The notes: generated from the letters alone by a model not told the origin. Positions 17,901 through 25,691 are shown, counted from the first letter of the stretch. The stretch: 64,000 nt of DNA from an uncultured archaeon (GCA_964354495.1 CAYHAA010000001.1:257870-321869); one strand, 5' to 3'. Numbers and translations are program-made.

Positions 17901-18882
17901 TGGAATGGAAGATGAAACAGCAAAGAGGACCACCCAAGACTACTCGTCCATCTCAGGTGACCTTTCCAGTTATTTCACCGAATGCATCCGTAGTGCTGAG
18001 TCCGCATCTGAGGGCTTCAAAAACCTTGTTGACAATACCTCGAACACTCTGACGAAACACCGTGATGAGGTGTTTGAGGAGGTGCAAAAAAGCACCGACT
18101 TGGCAAACCAACATGCGTCTCGCAAGTTTGAAGCAATCGGTTTGGATCTCAAGACCCAGCTAAGTGGTGACTCATCACGTTTACTGGAGAAAGCACGACT
18201 GACATTCACTGAAAAGAGCAAAGAAATCACTGACATAGTAACAACGACAACCAATACCATTAATGAGGAAACCTCCCCTCTGAGAGAGAATCGCAACAAG
18301 GCACTCTCTCTTTTTGGAGAGTCTAGCGAAAAAACACTCAGAAGATGGTCGACGGATCAGAAAAACCAGATCTCTTCATTGAAGGAGCGAATTCTTGAAG
18401 CAATCATGCGTGTCACCGGGAAGACAGAGGAAACTATCAAGGTTCTCAATGCCATCAATGACATTGGCGATGAGATCATCAAGAGCCCATCAAAAAGGAC
18501 CTGGTATGTATCGGGCAAAGAAGAAGCCTGCGCACATGTAACAGATATGGCAGATAGAGCCGAAGACTCAGTCGTCATCTCTATCATCGATCCCTCCTGC
18601 CTGGACTACAAGAAGCTGGCAAAGGTCAAACATGCCAAACGTCGTGTGCTTGTTGTTCCAGAGAGCGAAGAACCAGATCCGAATCTATCTTCCTTGGAAG
18701 GTTGGAGAATCTGGCAGACCCGAACCCCGATGTTCCTCTCCATAATCGACGATAGAGAGCTACTGATTGGAGGTGCGACCGCGACCGAGGATTTTGTTGC
18801 TCTGATTTCAGAGGATGAGACCTATGTCCGACTCTACCATGACATACTTGGTCCTCGACTGGTGAGGGGCAGAGTGAGCTAA
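14989..18882 (+). CDS. Giant (1297 aa) protein: TrmB-like wHTH N-terminus, ~1000 aa of Ser/Thr-rich alpha-helical repeats, and a compact C-terminal domain
   Basis: ATG start. The N-terminus LGLTDAEAKAIVPIYLGGNMTAGGVALLTGEKLATVQKTLGRLTNKGLIKQIDGIVPVYRA resembles the TrmB/MarR wHTH. Residues ~100-1150 are low-complexity helical (apolipoprotein/LEA-like periodicity). The C-terminal ~140 aa (RTWYVSGKEEACAHVTDMADRAEDSVVISIIDP...RELLIGGATATEDFVALISEDETYVRLYHDILG) look globular. The strand stays continuous, with no in-frame stops over 3.9 kb. Confidence 0.6.
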   Translation: MSDDIVSKSVPILRDSLGLTDAEAKAIVPIYLGGNMTAGGVALLTGEKLATVQKTLGRLTNKGLIKQIDGIVPVYRALSPVMALSGPLGDSLNDVRALTSDSEQVFSSRVKDTESVAEDIIGSQTKSLDEMRAALTSYENEVLELVTKQVENVVSTATSTMTGFSDEIEQAMNGLDAILEESLGTKMRELQTEIDKAQLAMDKDLKVQVREFDGWLKTERKGALGSIKEFETKSASIVESAKEAVTAALSTSSDQVQNLAREISGKLASMASTASDDGIAVINNVSAEISQLLNLLDSELSQAYLAGQESLKEVVTQARSVSKEYGEFAQNRIGAAVEIADSVGGIVDDWKNEVSGFMEVASQSVTSQLNQVASTDASYLEVMKNSLTSHVERVNELLAEEYGGLSALVTSLGSETETTLSDTRSMVLELLQAQNDEEEKDCDIAADKLNAELDNWVSDSVTSIEKKMKDTSKDVSTILDTETSELNSISKTMNSRLKSAFNSVIKSTATKNETLLTSVKKTSHDFEADIESRLEELIGSYTTATEKQVRESKELYEGLRERLDGRMSESVSAINSQADRIQKDITNTIAEQTSRIDQHALGIKEEFHNRLEEITNQFLSLTHGLEATFNGLLSSQTIEARDLIASAHSEFRFIMKNEVTTLKDDSLKIQQEYSTELALKIDDVASSVAAVKKALNELSVQKRFEISESMAKTLADLESSIRSTEESLRDIESGTITQFIENMDQVSEEFKVTVAGARDSVAERLDSVKDVAAASLAKSSAAAKLVADGFIAEQKDIRQRHLAEASKKMNRLATKRGKDSSASIEAFQKLLSERQTSSVKDRSTAKDEVYAAVETRRSEVANAFDAAAVWVDSSVSNVATSLDAFGTKLTNELTLMQKGLQKAGAEAASAIQERGEADIDSFQEIASALIENTESIVKARINEFGDSCSDALAKSNDSFTSMPTRLSEDINGMEDETAKRTTQDYSSISGDLSSYFTECIRSAESASEGFKNLVDNTSNTLTKHRDEVFEEVQKSTDLANQHASRKFEAIGLDLKTQLSGDSSRLLEKARLTFTEKSKEITDIVTTTTNTINEETSPLRENRNKALSLFGESSEKTLRRWSTDQKNQISSLKERILEAIMRVTGKTEETIKVLNAINDIGDEIIKSPSKRTWYVSGKEEACAHVTDMADRAEDSVVISIIDPSCLDYKKLAKVKHAKRRVLVVPESEEPDPNLSSLEGWRIWQTRTPMFLSIIDDRELLIGGATATEDFVALISEDETYVRLYHDILGPRLVRGRVS

Positions 18883-19364
18883 AACTCGATGGCATAGATG
18901 ATGGCGTCTTCATCGTCATAGTATCGTTCTGCTCTATCGACCGCCATCATCCCTGCCCTGCTATAGAGGTTTCTTGCGCTCTGGTTGCTTTCGCGCACTT
19001 CGAGTTCACACATCTTCATCCCCGCCTCGCACATGCCTCTGAGTGCATGATCTAGCAGAAGTTTGCCATTCCCTTTGCTACGTTCGTCCTCACGGACTGC
19101 CAGATTGAGTATGTGCCCAGACTCATCGGAGAACGATTCTTCCCAGATGATATACCCGATGACCAATCCTTGACGGGTCATCACCTTCATATGAACGAGG
19201 ACATCTTCGTCTACTTTGTACTTGCCCCTACAGAGTACTATTCTAAGGAATATTTCCTTGCTCCATGGCACAGGAAAACAACTGTTTTCGATATCGATGA
19301 CTTGATTGAGATCTTCAATCTGAGGTAGCCGCATCAGTCTGTCTTCCATCTCATAGCCCTTCAA
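18879..19364 (-). CDS. GNAT-family N-acetyltransferase (RimI-like)
   Basis: The acetyl-CoA-binding motif region NLAVREDERSKGNGKLLLDHAL and ARNLYSRAGM (GNAT motif B) are present. Length 161 aa. Confidence 0.7.
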   Translation of the reverse strand: MKGYEMEDRLMRLPQIEDLNQVIDIENSCFPVPWSKEIFLRIVLCRGKYKVDEDVLVHMKVMTRQGLVIGYIIWEESFSDESGHILNLAVREDERSKGNGKLLLDHALRGMCEAGMKMCELEVRESNQSARNLYSRAGMMAVDRAERYYDDEDAIIYAIEF

Positions 19365-19388
19365 AGCGAATCACATTCTCTCATTCGA

Positions 19389-19754
19389 CTAGTCATTTGG
19401 AGTGACGTTGTTTCCACAGAACGGGCAGAATGACGAGCCTACTGGAATTGGTCTGGAGCAATAGGCGCACTTCAAGCCTACCGGAATAAAGCTATCTTGT
19501 GCACCTGTAGCATATTGAGACTCCGCCTTGGAAGCAGACATTGCTGTCGCACGCGCTGCAACGATGAAAAAGACAAACGCTAGAGCAATCAGAAGGCCAA
19601 AGCCAAGAGAGCTGGAATCTCCAATCAAGAAGAAGGGGAAGATGAAGAACACACCTCCTCCAGATAGATTGCTGGAAGAAAACAACAGGATGGCTCCAAG
19701 TGCAATGAGAAGAAATCCCAAGGGAAGTAGACTCTGGTTCCAGTGCATAGTCAA
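19389..19754 (-). CDS. Small membrane protein with C-terminal zinc-ribbon (CxxC...CxxC)
   Basis: Two predicted TM helices (LLPLGFLLIALGAILLF; LGFGLLIALAFVFFIVAA). The C-terminal KCAYCSRPIPVGSSFCPFCGNNV is a zinc-ribbon pattern. Confidence 0.45.
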   Translation of the reverse strand: MTMHWNQSLLPLGFLLIALGAILLFSSSNLSGGGVFFIFPFFLIGDSSSLGFGLLIALAFVFFIVAARATAMSASKAESQYATGAQDSFIPVGLKCAYCSRPIPVGSSFCPFCGNNVTPND

Positions 19755-19770
19755 TCTAGTCCTTTGACTG

Positions 19771-20133
19771 CTATTCCAGCATTCCTCGGCTCTTCATCTG
19801 TTCGACGATCTGACTGTACTTCTGATTGTTGCCTATCATCTCATTGACTTGAGTTTCCATAGAGTGTGATCCTGGCAATAGAAGCACACTGATTTTGCTG
19901 CCCGGATAGACTGATTCAAGACGATGTCGAATCAGGACGCCAATCAGTCCACCCATCGGACAATATGGGGCAGTTGGTCTGAACTGCACACGAATTGAGT
20001 CATTATCAACGTCGATGTATTCCTGCTTCACTATCGACATTTGTGGGTCAGTAATCGATATGGGGTGCTCAGGATCCATGACGGGCTCCAATGCTTTGAA
20101 CACTTCACCGACTGTTGCCATTATATTCCCCAA
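19771..20133 (-). CDS. DUF59 / MIP18-family Fe-S cluster assembly protein (SufT/PaaD-like)
   Basis: Contains RPTAPYCPMGGLIG, the DUF59 conserved Cys loop. Length 120 aa. Confidence 0.7.
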   Translation of the reverse strand: MGNIMATVGEVFKALEPVMDPEHPISITDPQMSIVKQEYIDVDNDSIRVQFRPTAPYCPMGGLIGVLIRHRLESVYPGSKISVLLLPGSHSMETQVNEMIGNNQKYSQIVEQMKSRGMLE

Positions 20134-20312
20134 GACTAGGTCCCCTTTTCGACCACTTAATAATCTATGGCTCTAGCTACCTTTCACGAGCAGTTCTGGG
20201 TCGTCTACATTAATTGGCGCAAGGTATATCTGATATAGGAATCCCTTTATCGCGTCGGGTAATGCAGGAATAACGTTCAGAGAGAAACCACCAGTTGGGG
20301 GTACCAAAAACC

Positions 20313-20771
20313 ATGTCGCCCGCCGAAAAGAAAGCCAGCAACAAAATCAAGAAGTATCTGTTCAAGATAACAGTTGTCGGCCCAGATGACAAGCTTCTCA
20401 TGGATGTTCTTTCATTATTCGATGATCCCGTCGTATCAGTCGATGGGATTCGAATCGGATCAACTGAGGTGGATGTTGACACCTCTGAGATTCATGCTGT
20501 CTTCATGTCGCCAAGGCACTCTGCTCTGGATGTCCTTCTCACCCTGACTTACAGAGGTGCAAGTGGTGCCATCATTGTGCTCAGAGAACCTGATTTGGAG
20601 CTGGAGCGACTATATCGAGATGAAGCTCGGACGAACCTAGGTGCAGATATATCCATGCGCACCGTGACTACAGGCTCCTCAATAGATGATTTCAAGCGAA
20701 ATGAGATTCATCATCTCTTCGAGGAAGTCGTTGTGGACATTTTGAAGCGCAAGACTCGAAAGGGGAAGTAG
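20313..20771 (+). CDS. Ras-like small-GTPase-fold protein with degenerate G1/G4 motifs (candidate pseudo-GTPase)
   Basis: KITVVGPDDKLLMDV occupies the P-loop position of Ras KIVVVGDGGVGKS but lacks GKS/T. EVDVDTSEIHA sits where DTAGQE would be, then GASGAIIVL (beta4-like), and REPDLE occupies the NKxD position. The first ATG is at 20313. A T-tract follows the stop. Confidence 0.3.
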   Translation: MSPAEKKASNKIKKYLFKITVVGPDDKLLMDVLSLFDDPVVSVDGIRIGSTEVDVDTSEIHAVFMSPRHSALDVLLTLTYRGASGAIIVLREPDLELERLYRDEARTNLGADISMRTVTTGSSIDDFKRNEIHHLFEEVVVDILKRKTRKGK

Positions 20772-20855
20772 TACAAACCTTTTTTTCAGTCCTGATACCA
20801 CTCTAGATTGGTGTCCACGGTGAGCTCGGATAATAAGAGAAGCGACGAATACTGG

Positions 20856-21872
20856 ATGGGCGTGCGCGATGCACTCAGAATGATAGATATCTTCAACAAG
20901 TGGGCTGTGAGAAATCCCACTCGCGCGAAGAGTCTTGAAGATTTCATTAACGATGGGCTCATAGCAGCCGCCAAGCGATGCGAGTCTTGTCTCCGAGAGA
21001 AACTAGGGATTAGTTTCCTCAAAGAAGAGCCAGCTGAAGATGTTCCTCCTTTGGTTGAGTCACCAGCTCCCGAACCAGCGGCTCCTCCTGACTTTGAGTC
21101 TGCACCAGACGAGATTTTCGACGCACACAGTGAATCTCCTCCAGATACCGATTTTGAGGTTGCTGTAGAGTCTGTGGACTATTCCTCCGAACAGGAGATT
21201 CACATCGAATCAGAAGAGCCCACCATATCTATCGATACTGTCGAACGGTTAGAGGAAGAGCCCATGGACGATATTGTCATTGAGGGTCCACAACGTGATT
21301 TCTCGACAGATTTCGTTCTTGTCGAGCCATCACCGCTTTCCGTTGATGCTGACGAAATAGAACCCGAGAGACCGGAAGTCGATGAATCATTACGTGAGTC
21401 TGACCTCGAAGAACTCGTTCATTCGGATGAATTAGATCTGGAACCAGAAGATGATGAGAGCCGGCCGACATTCACATGGGCTGATTATGAGGCTGCAATC
21501 ACGCCTGCTCCTGAACCAGAGCCATTAGAGTCTGACTCTGTTGAATCCACGATTAGAGAAGGTGATTATGAAGTGCCTCCAATTGAGGACCGAAGTTCTC
21601 CAGATGACGAAGCCTTTGGGGGACCTCCTGAGCCTTCTGAAGCACCCAAGGGATGGAGCACATATGATGAATCGGCCATCGCCAGTGAGGAGATTCCTGA
21701 TGAATCCTATGATACCAAGGATGAGGTTGAGATGGATGATTCAGAAGTGTCCAAACCCAGTGAAGCCGCAACACCAGTCACCGAACCTCCTTCTCCCCCG
21801 CCGCCGCCTGAAACCGAGGAGGATGAAGAGGAGCGACGACGAAGAGCACGAAGGCTGTTTTTCGGAACCTGA
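20856..21872 (+). CDS. Highly acidic, Pro/Glu/Asp/Ser-rich intrinsically disordered protein with short N-terminal folded segment and basic C-terminal tail
   Basis: The first ATG is at 20856 (MGVRDALRMIDIF...). After ~70 aa the sequence becomes PEPAAPPDFESAPDEIFDAHSESPPDTDFE..., ending PPSPPPPPETEEDEEERRRRARRLFFGT. The long single frame without stops, despite low complexity, argues for a real coding sequence. Confidence 0.45.
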   Translation: MGVRDALRMIDIFNKWAVRNPTRAKSLEDFINDGLIAAAKRCESCLREKLGISFLKEEPAEDVPPLVESPAPEPAAPPDFESAPDEIFDAHSESPPDTDFEVAVESVDYSSEQEIHIESEEPTISIDTVERLEEEPMDDIVIEGPQRDFSTDFVLVEPSPLSVDADEIEPERPEVDESLRESDLEELVHSDELDLEPEDDESRPTFTWADYEAAITPAPEPEPLESDSVESTIREGDYEVPPIEDRSSPDDEAFGGPPEPSEAPKGWSTYDESAIASEEIPDESYDTKDEVEMDDSEVSKPSEAATPVTEPPSPPPPPETEEDEEERRRRARRLFFGT

Positions 21873-22898
21873 TCAGCTCTTGAGAATCTCCTCATAGAGC
21901 TGGACCGCTTCTTTTGCGGTACTGACGCCTCGTACGATGGCACTGCCTGTAGACATTAGGGTGATCTTGGAACCCGAAGGTTTCTGGATTATCAGGACTT
22001 TCTTGCCTGACTTGACGGTATCCTTAGAATCAAGATGCTGTGATATGGCTCTTAGGTCTAGATTCATGATTGTCGGAGGTGAGATATTGAAGTCATTAGT
22101 GCATAGAGCAGTGACAATAAGCCCTTTGCCTCTTCGTGCCTTTGTGACATCTGGTTGTGAACACTGTGAACAATCGGGGATACGTCCGATATCAAAGAAA
22201 TCAAAGCTGAGAGAGGCTGAGTCAATTGTCATTAGTCGATTTGCAAGAGCGGGCTTCTTTCGTGTTGCAAGAAGTATTGCTTCATTTACCTCTACAGCCG
22301 CAGCAAGTGAGAGAAGAGTGGGAGACACGCCGACTTGTACACATGTATTGTCGGGATTGTCTTCTGCATCACCCATCAAACAATGAAGGCATCCTGTCTC
22401 ACCTGGAATGAATGTTGAAAGGTTCGCATAGTATTCTATGGCTCCTGCGAATACATAGGGAATCTTCAGCCTCAGGCTTGCTCTGTTGATGATCCTGCGA
22501 GTCTTGAATGAGTCAAGTCCATCGACTATGATATCAGTTCCTTCCAAGAGCTCCATCACATTTTCATCTCGGATTGAAATAGAGAATGGTTCGAACGCTA
22601 CTTCGGGGTTCATAGAAGCAAGGTTCTTGGCTGCCACAATTGCCTTGGGCTTTCCGATATCCTTTGTGTTGTAGATGGTCTGCCTCTGTATGTTGGACAG
22701 TTCGACAATGTCCCTGTCTATGATTCTTATTGTTCCGAATCCAATGGCCGCCAAGAGTCGAAGTGCAGGGCTCCCTAGTCCTCCGGCTCCAACGACTGCA
22801 ACAGTAGATTCCATGATTGCTTGCATATCTTCCTCTGTGAAGTCCCTGAGGGCAAGCATCCGGGAGTATCTCTCCCTCTGATTCTTAGTGAGTTTCAT
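21873..22898 (-). CDS. E1-like ThiF/MoeB/UbaA adenylyltransferase with ~90-aa C-terminal extension
   Basis: VAVVGAGGLGSP (Rossmann GxGxxG), RYSRML and DRDIVELSNIQRQ motifs are present. The zinc motifs are GCLHCLMGD and DCSQCSQ. I moved the start to MKLTKNQRERYSRM (22898) to remove the overlap with the divergent DUF362 gene. The C-terminal KVLIIQKPSGSKITLMSTGSAIVRG has beta-strand character. Confidence 0.8.
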   Translation of the reverse strand: MKLTKNQRERYSRMLALRDFTEEDMQAIMESTVAVVGAGGLGSPALRLLAAIGFGTIRIIDRDIVELSNIQRQTIYNTKDIGKPKAIVAAKNLASMNPEVAFEPFSISIRDENVMELLEGTDIIVDGLDSFKTRRIINRASLRLKIPYVFAGAIEYYANLSTFIPGETGCLHCLMGDAEDNPDNTCVQVGVSPTLLSLAAAVEVNEAILLATRKKPALANRLMTIDSASLSFDFFDIGRIPDCSQCSQPDVTKARRGKGLIVTALCTNDFNISPPTIMNLDLRAISQHLDSKDTVKSGKKVLIIQKPSGSKITLMSTGSAIVRGVSTAKEAVQLYEEILKS

Positions 22899-22957
22899 CT
22901 CTTTGAAACATGATGCAAAGCACTCACTTAAAGCCTTGGACAGCAACATCGGGTAGC

Positions 22958-23782
22958 ATGGTGTTCACATCTGAGGTGTCAATAGGTGTGCGCAGGAGCC
23001 CAACGGAGGCGCTGGATGTGGCGCTCTCAGGGCTACGTACTCCACTAGAAGTGCCACGCGGTCCAACACAAGTTGTGATCAAGCCATCGATTTACGACCC
23101 AAAACTAGTAGGTAATACACATGTCAGTATTGTGAAAGCTGTACTCAATGCGTTCAAAATGCTCGGTCCTGCTGTAATTGTTGAAAGCGATAATCCTCGT
23201 CGAAGAGCAACGGATGCGTTTCAGCAGAGCGGCTATTCCTGCCTTTCCGGCTCTGGTTCGTCATTGGTCAATCTCTCAGAGCTTGATACGACAGTCGTGA
23301 AGATGCCTGGCCACTTCTTCAAAGAACACAAGATGCCCAAGATTCTTACAGAGGGCCACTTCTTCATCAATGTACCCACAGTCAAGATTGAGCCAGATAT
23401 ATGTAGCATCGGAGCGGGTATCAAGAACCTCCTCGGACTCGTTCCAGAGGTAGAGAAGTCCGTCTACCACCAGAGAATCGATGACGTTCTCATGGATCTT
23501 CTCACAGTCTTCCGGCCTCATATGACCATTGTCGACCTGACAACCTTGGTGATTGGTGATAGGACTGAGGGGATAACAAGAGAGGTAGGTGCTGTCATTG
23601 TCGGTACAGACCCCGTTGCGGTAGACGCATTCTGTGCTGATTTGGTTGGTGTCGATGCTATGACGGTCTTGCATCTGAGAAAAGCGCACGAGCTTGGTCT
23701 TGGCGAGATTGTACTTGATAGAATACGTGTGAATGGTACCGTAACTCAGAAACAGAAGCTGTTCCAAGCCTGCAGGCATTAA
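22958..23782 (+). CDS. DUF362-family protein (putative Fe-S/ligand-binding, ThiF-adjacent)
   Basis: Colinear with the DUF362 consensus: VVIKPSIYDP, THVSIVKAVL, NVPTVKIEPDICSIGAGIKNLLG, RPHMTIVDLTTLVIGD, AVIVGTDPVAVDAF. The ORF-track N-terminus (from 22910) overlaps the E1 gene, so I trimmed the start to the in-frame ATG at 22958. Confidence 0.65.
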   Translation: MVFTSEVSIGVRRSPTEALDVALSGLRTPLEVPRGPTQVVIKPSIYDPKLVGNTHVSIVKAVLNAFKMLGPAVIVESDNPRRRATDAFQQSGYSCLSGSGSSLVNLSELDTTVVKMPGHFFKEHKMPKILTEGHFFINVPTVKIEPDICSIGAGIKNLLGLVPEVEKSVYHQRIDDVLMDLLTVFRPHMTIVDLTTLVIGDRTEGITREVGAVIVGTDPVAVDAFCADLVGVDAMTVLHLRKAHELGLGEIVLDRIRVNGTVTQKQKLFQACRH

Positions 23783-23865
23783 CAAAACGGAATGCATTTA
23801 TCTATAGTCAAGCAGCAAGCGAAATCACTGCAAGATTCCCTCATGCTTCGCAGATGCGTTAGGAG

Positions 23866-25041
23866 ATGGCATCCATGGATTGGACTTCTCATACAATGGA
23901 AAGAATTCCTGAGTCTGACACATTAAAGATGTTTGATCTAGCCAAACGCCTTGAGAGTGAAGGCAAGAAGATCTATCACTTCGAGGTTGGACAGCCAGAC
24001 TTCCCCACACCGAAGAATGTTGTCAATGCTGGTATTGATGCACTGAAAAAGGGGCTTACAAAGTATACCCCTGCTCGCGGAATTCCCCAACTACTTGATG
24101 CTATTCAGGGCTATTACAATTCACGAGGCATTGCCATTAATGGGAGGAAAAATGTCATCGTTACACCTGGAGCAAAGATGGCGCTGTTCCAAGGATTTCT
24201 GAGTACGATTGATGCGGGTGATGACGTATTACTTCTATCTCCCGCATGGCCTACATATCGTGTTATGATTCGAACCGTAAATGCAAAACCTGTCGACGTG
24301 TGTACCAAGCCCAACTATACTCTTGATGAAGAAGCGCTTAAACATGCGATCTCACGGACAGTTTCTGCGCTCGTAATCAACACGCCAAATAATCCCACAG
24401 GGGGTGTCTTGACCAAGGAGAACCTGAAGCTCATCTATGACCTTGCAATGGATCATGATTTCGTTGTCTTCTCAGACGAGATCTACGAGACCCTTGTCTA
24501 TGACGGTTTCAAACAGGCGTCAATGCTTGAAGTCGATCCGGCCATGGAGCGAACGCTTGTAATCAACGGAATGAGCAAATCGTATAGCATGACCGGCTGG
24601 AGACTTGGCTATGCTGTTGGGAATGAGGAAACCATCTCAAACATGACTAGAATTCAGCAAAACACGACTTCGTGTGCAACATCATTCGTTCAATATGCTG
24701 GTGTGGAGGCTCTCAACGGTGACCAAGCATCTATTGATGTGATGGTCAGGGAGTATCACGCTCGCCGTGACGAAATCACTCGACTCTTCAATAAGATTGA
24801 AGGAGTATCCTGCATTAGTCCAAAGGGCGCTTTCTACGTGTTTCCTGACTTCAAGGAGTACGGAGTGAGCAGCACAACGCTAGCTGAATTGATCCTCAAG
24901 AAGACAGGAGTATGTTGCACACCGGGCATAGCATTTGGAGCGAAGTATGACAGTCATCTGAGATTCTCCTATCCAATATCACTGACTGAGATACGGGAGG
25001 GCATGGCTAAGCTCGCGCAGTTCTTGCCAACCCTTATTTGA
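23866..25041 (+). CDS. Class I/II PLP-dependent aminotransferase (aspartate aminotransferase-like)
   Basis: The PLP-lysine context NGMSKSYSMTGWRLGY and the N-terminal YHFEVGQPDFPTP fold-type I pattern are present. Length 391 aa. Confidence 0.85.
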   Translation: MASMDWTSHTMERIPESDTLKMFDLAKRLESEGKKIYHFEVGQPDFPTPKNVVNAGIDALKKGLTKYTPARGIPQLLDAIQGYYNSRGIAINGRKNVIVTPGAKMALFQGFLSTIDAGDDVLLLSPAWPTYRVMIRTVNAKPVDVCTKPNYTLDEEALKHAISRTVSALVINTPNNPTGGVLTKENLKLIYDLAMDHDFVVFSDEIYETLVYDGFKQASMLEVDPAMERTLVINGMSKSYSMTGWRLGYAVGNEETISNMTRIQQNTTSCATSFVQYAGVEALNGDQASIDVMVREYHARRDEITRLFNKIEGVSCISPKGAFYVFPDFKEYGVSSTTLAELILKKTGVCCTPGIAFGAKYDSHLRFSYPISLTEIREGMAKLAQFLPTLI

Positions 25042-25091
25042 TATGCCCCCGCTCGGTGTATCATTGAATGGATGTCTTAGGATGAGTCCTC

Positions 25092-25691
25092 ATGACACAC
25101 CGAGAAGCTGAGGAATCTGGCGATGACCAGTTGCCCCGTTTTGAGTGCACAAAGTGTGGAGCGTGCTGCCGTGAAAAGACAATGCTCATCACGGTAACTG
25201 GTAGCGATATTACCAGGATTTCTGCAGCCTTGGGTTTAAGCCCCGAGGAAACAATGAGGGCTCTTGACTTCTACGTTGTTGCGGCAGAGAATGAAACTCC
25301 GGTAGGCCTCCAAGGAATTCCCTCACCAATGACTCAGAGAGGTTCAGCTTTCATCGCGCTCAAGAAGATGGAGAATGGCGATTGTGTTTTTCTCAAAGAC
25401 AATCTCTGCATGATTCACACACTGCGACCCACAGTCTGCAGATCCTTTCCCTTTGCATTCCGGGAGTCTGCTGATGGAGTGAAGTGGGGGCTCAGTGCAG
25501 CGAAACATATCTGCTCAGGACTTGGTATGGGACCGGAGGTATCAGAAGAAGAATTGTGCGAGCTTTCTCTTTCTGTCTTGGAGAGCATGCGGGTCTACAG
25601 AGAGTTCATCGAAGAATGGAACGCAAAGTCCAATACAACCGCATTTGACCTTATTCGGGTGATTCTGTCAGAACGGCGTTTCTACATCTAA
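25092..25691 (+). CDS. YkgJ/UPF0153-family Cys-cluster protein (putative zinc/iron-chelating domain)
   Basis: FECTKCGACCREK (CxxCxxCC) and the later CMIHTLRPTVCRSFPF are hallmarks of the YkgJ family. Confidence 0.6.
   Translation: MTHREAEESGDDQLPRFECTKCGACCREKTMLITVTGSDITRISAALGLSPEETMRALDFYVVAAENETPVGLQGIPSPMTQRGSAFIALKKMENGDCVFLKDNLCMIHTLRPTVCRSFPFAFRESADGVKWGLSAAKHICSGLGMGPEVSEEELCELSLSVLESMRVYREFIEEWNAKSNTTAFDLIRVILSERRFYI

Noticed and set aside
15210-18587. Seven minus-strand ORFs of 65-147 aa inside the giant gene (15210..15521, 15579..15935, 16281..16517, 17220..17432, 17490..17933, 17970..18299, 18357..18587)
   Set aside because: They are Ser/Ala/Leu-rich antisense shadows of a long coiled-coil coding frame (GAA/GAG/AAG codons read backwards). 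The plus strand carries one uninterrupted 3.9-kb frame with coding periodicity.
21553-21943. Minus-strand ORFs of 73 and 78 aa overlapping the acidic protein's 3' end and the E1 3' end
   Set aside because: They are low-complexity antisense frames of a GAA/GAT/CCT-rich coding region. The plus-strand frame is far longer and continuous.
22910-22957. ORF-track N-terminus of the DUF362 gene overlapping the E1-like gene start
   Set aside because: DUF362 homology begins after the in-frame ATG at 22958. The E1 homology begins at MKLTKNQRERYSRM (22898). Trimming both removes a 40-nt head-to-head overlap and leaves a plausible 59-bp divergent promoter.
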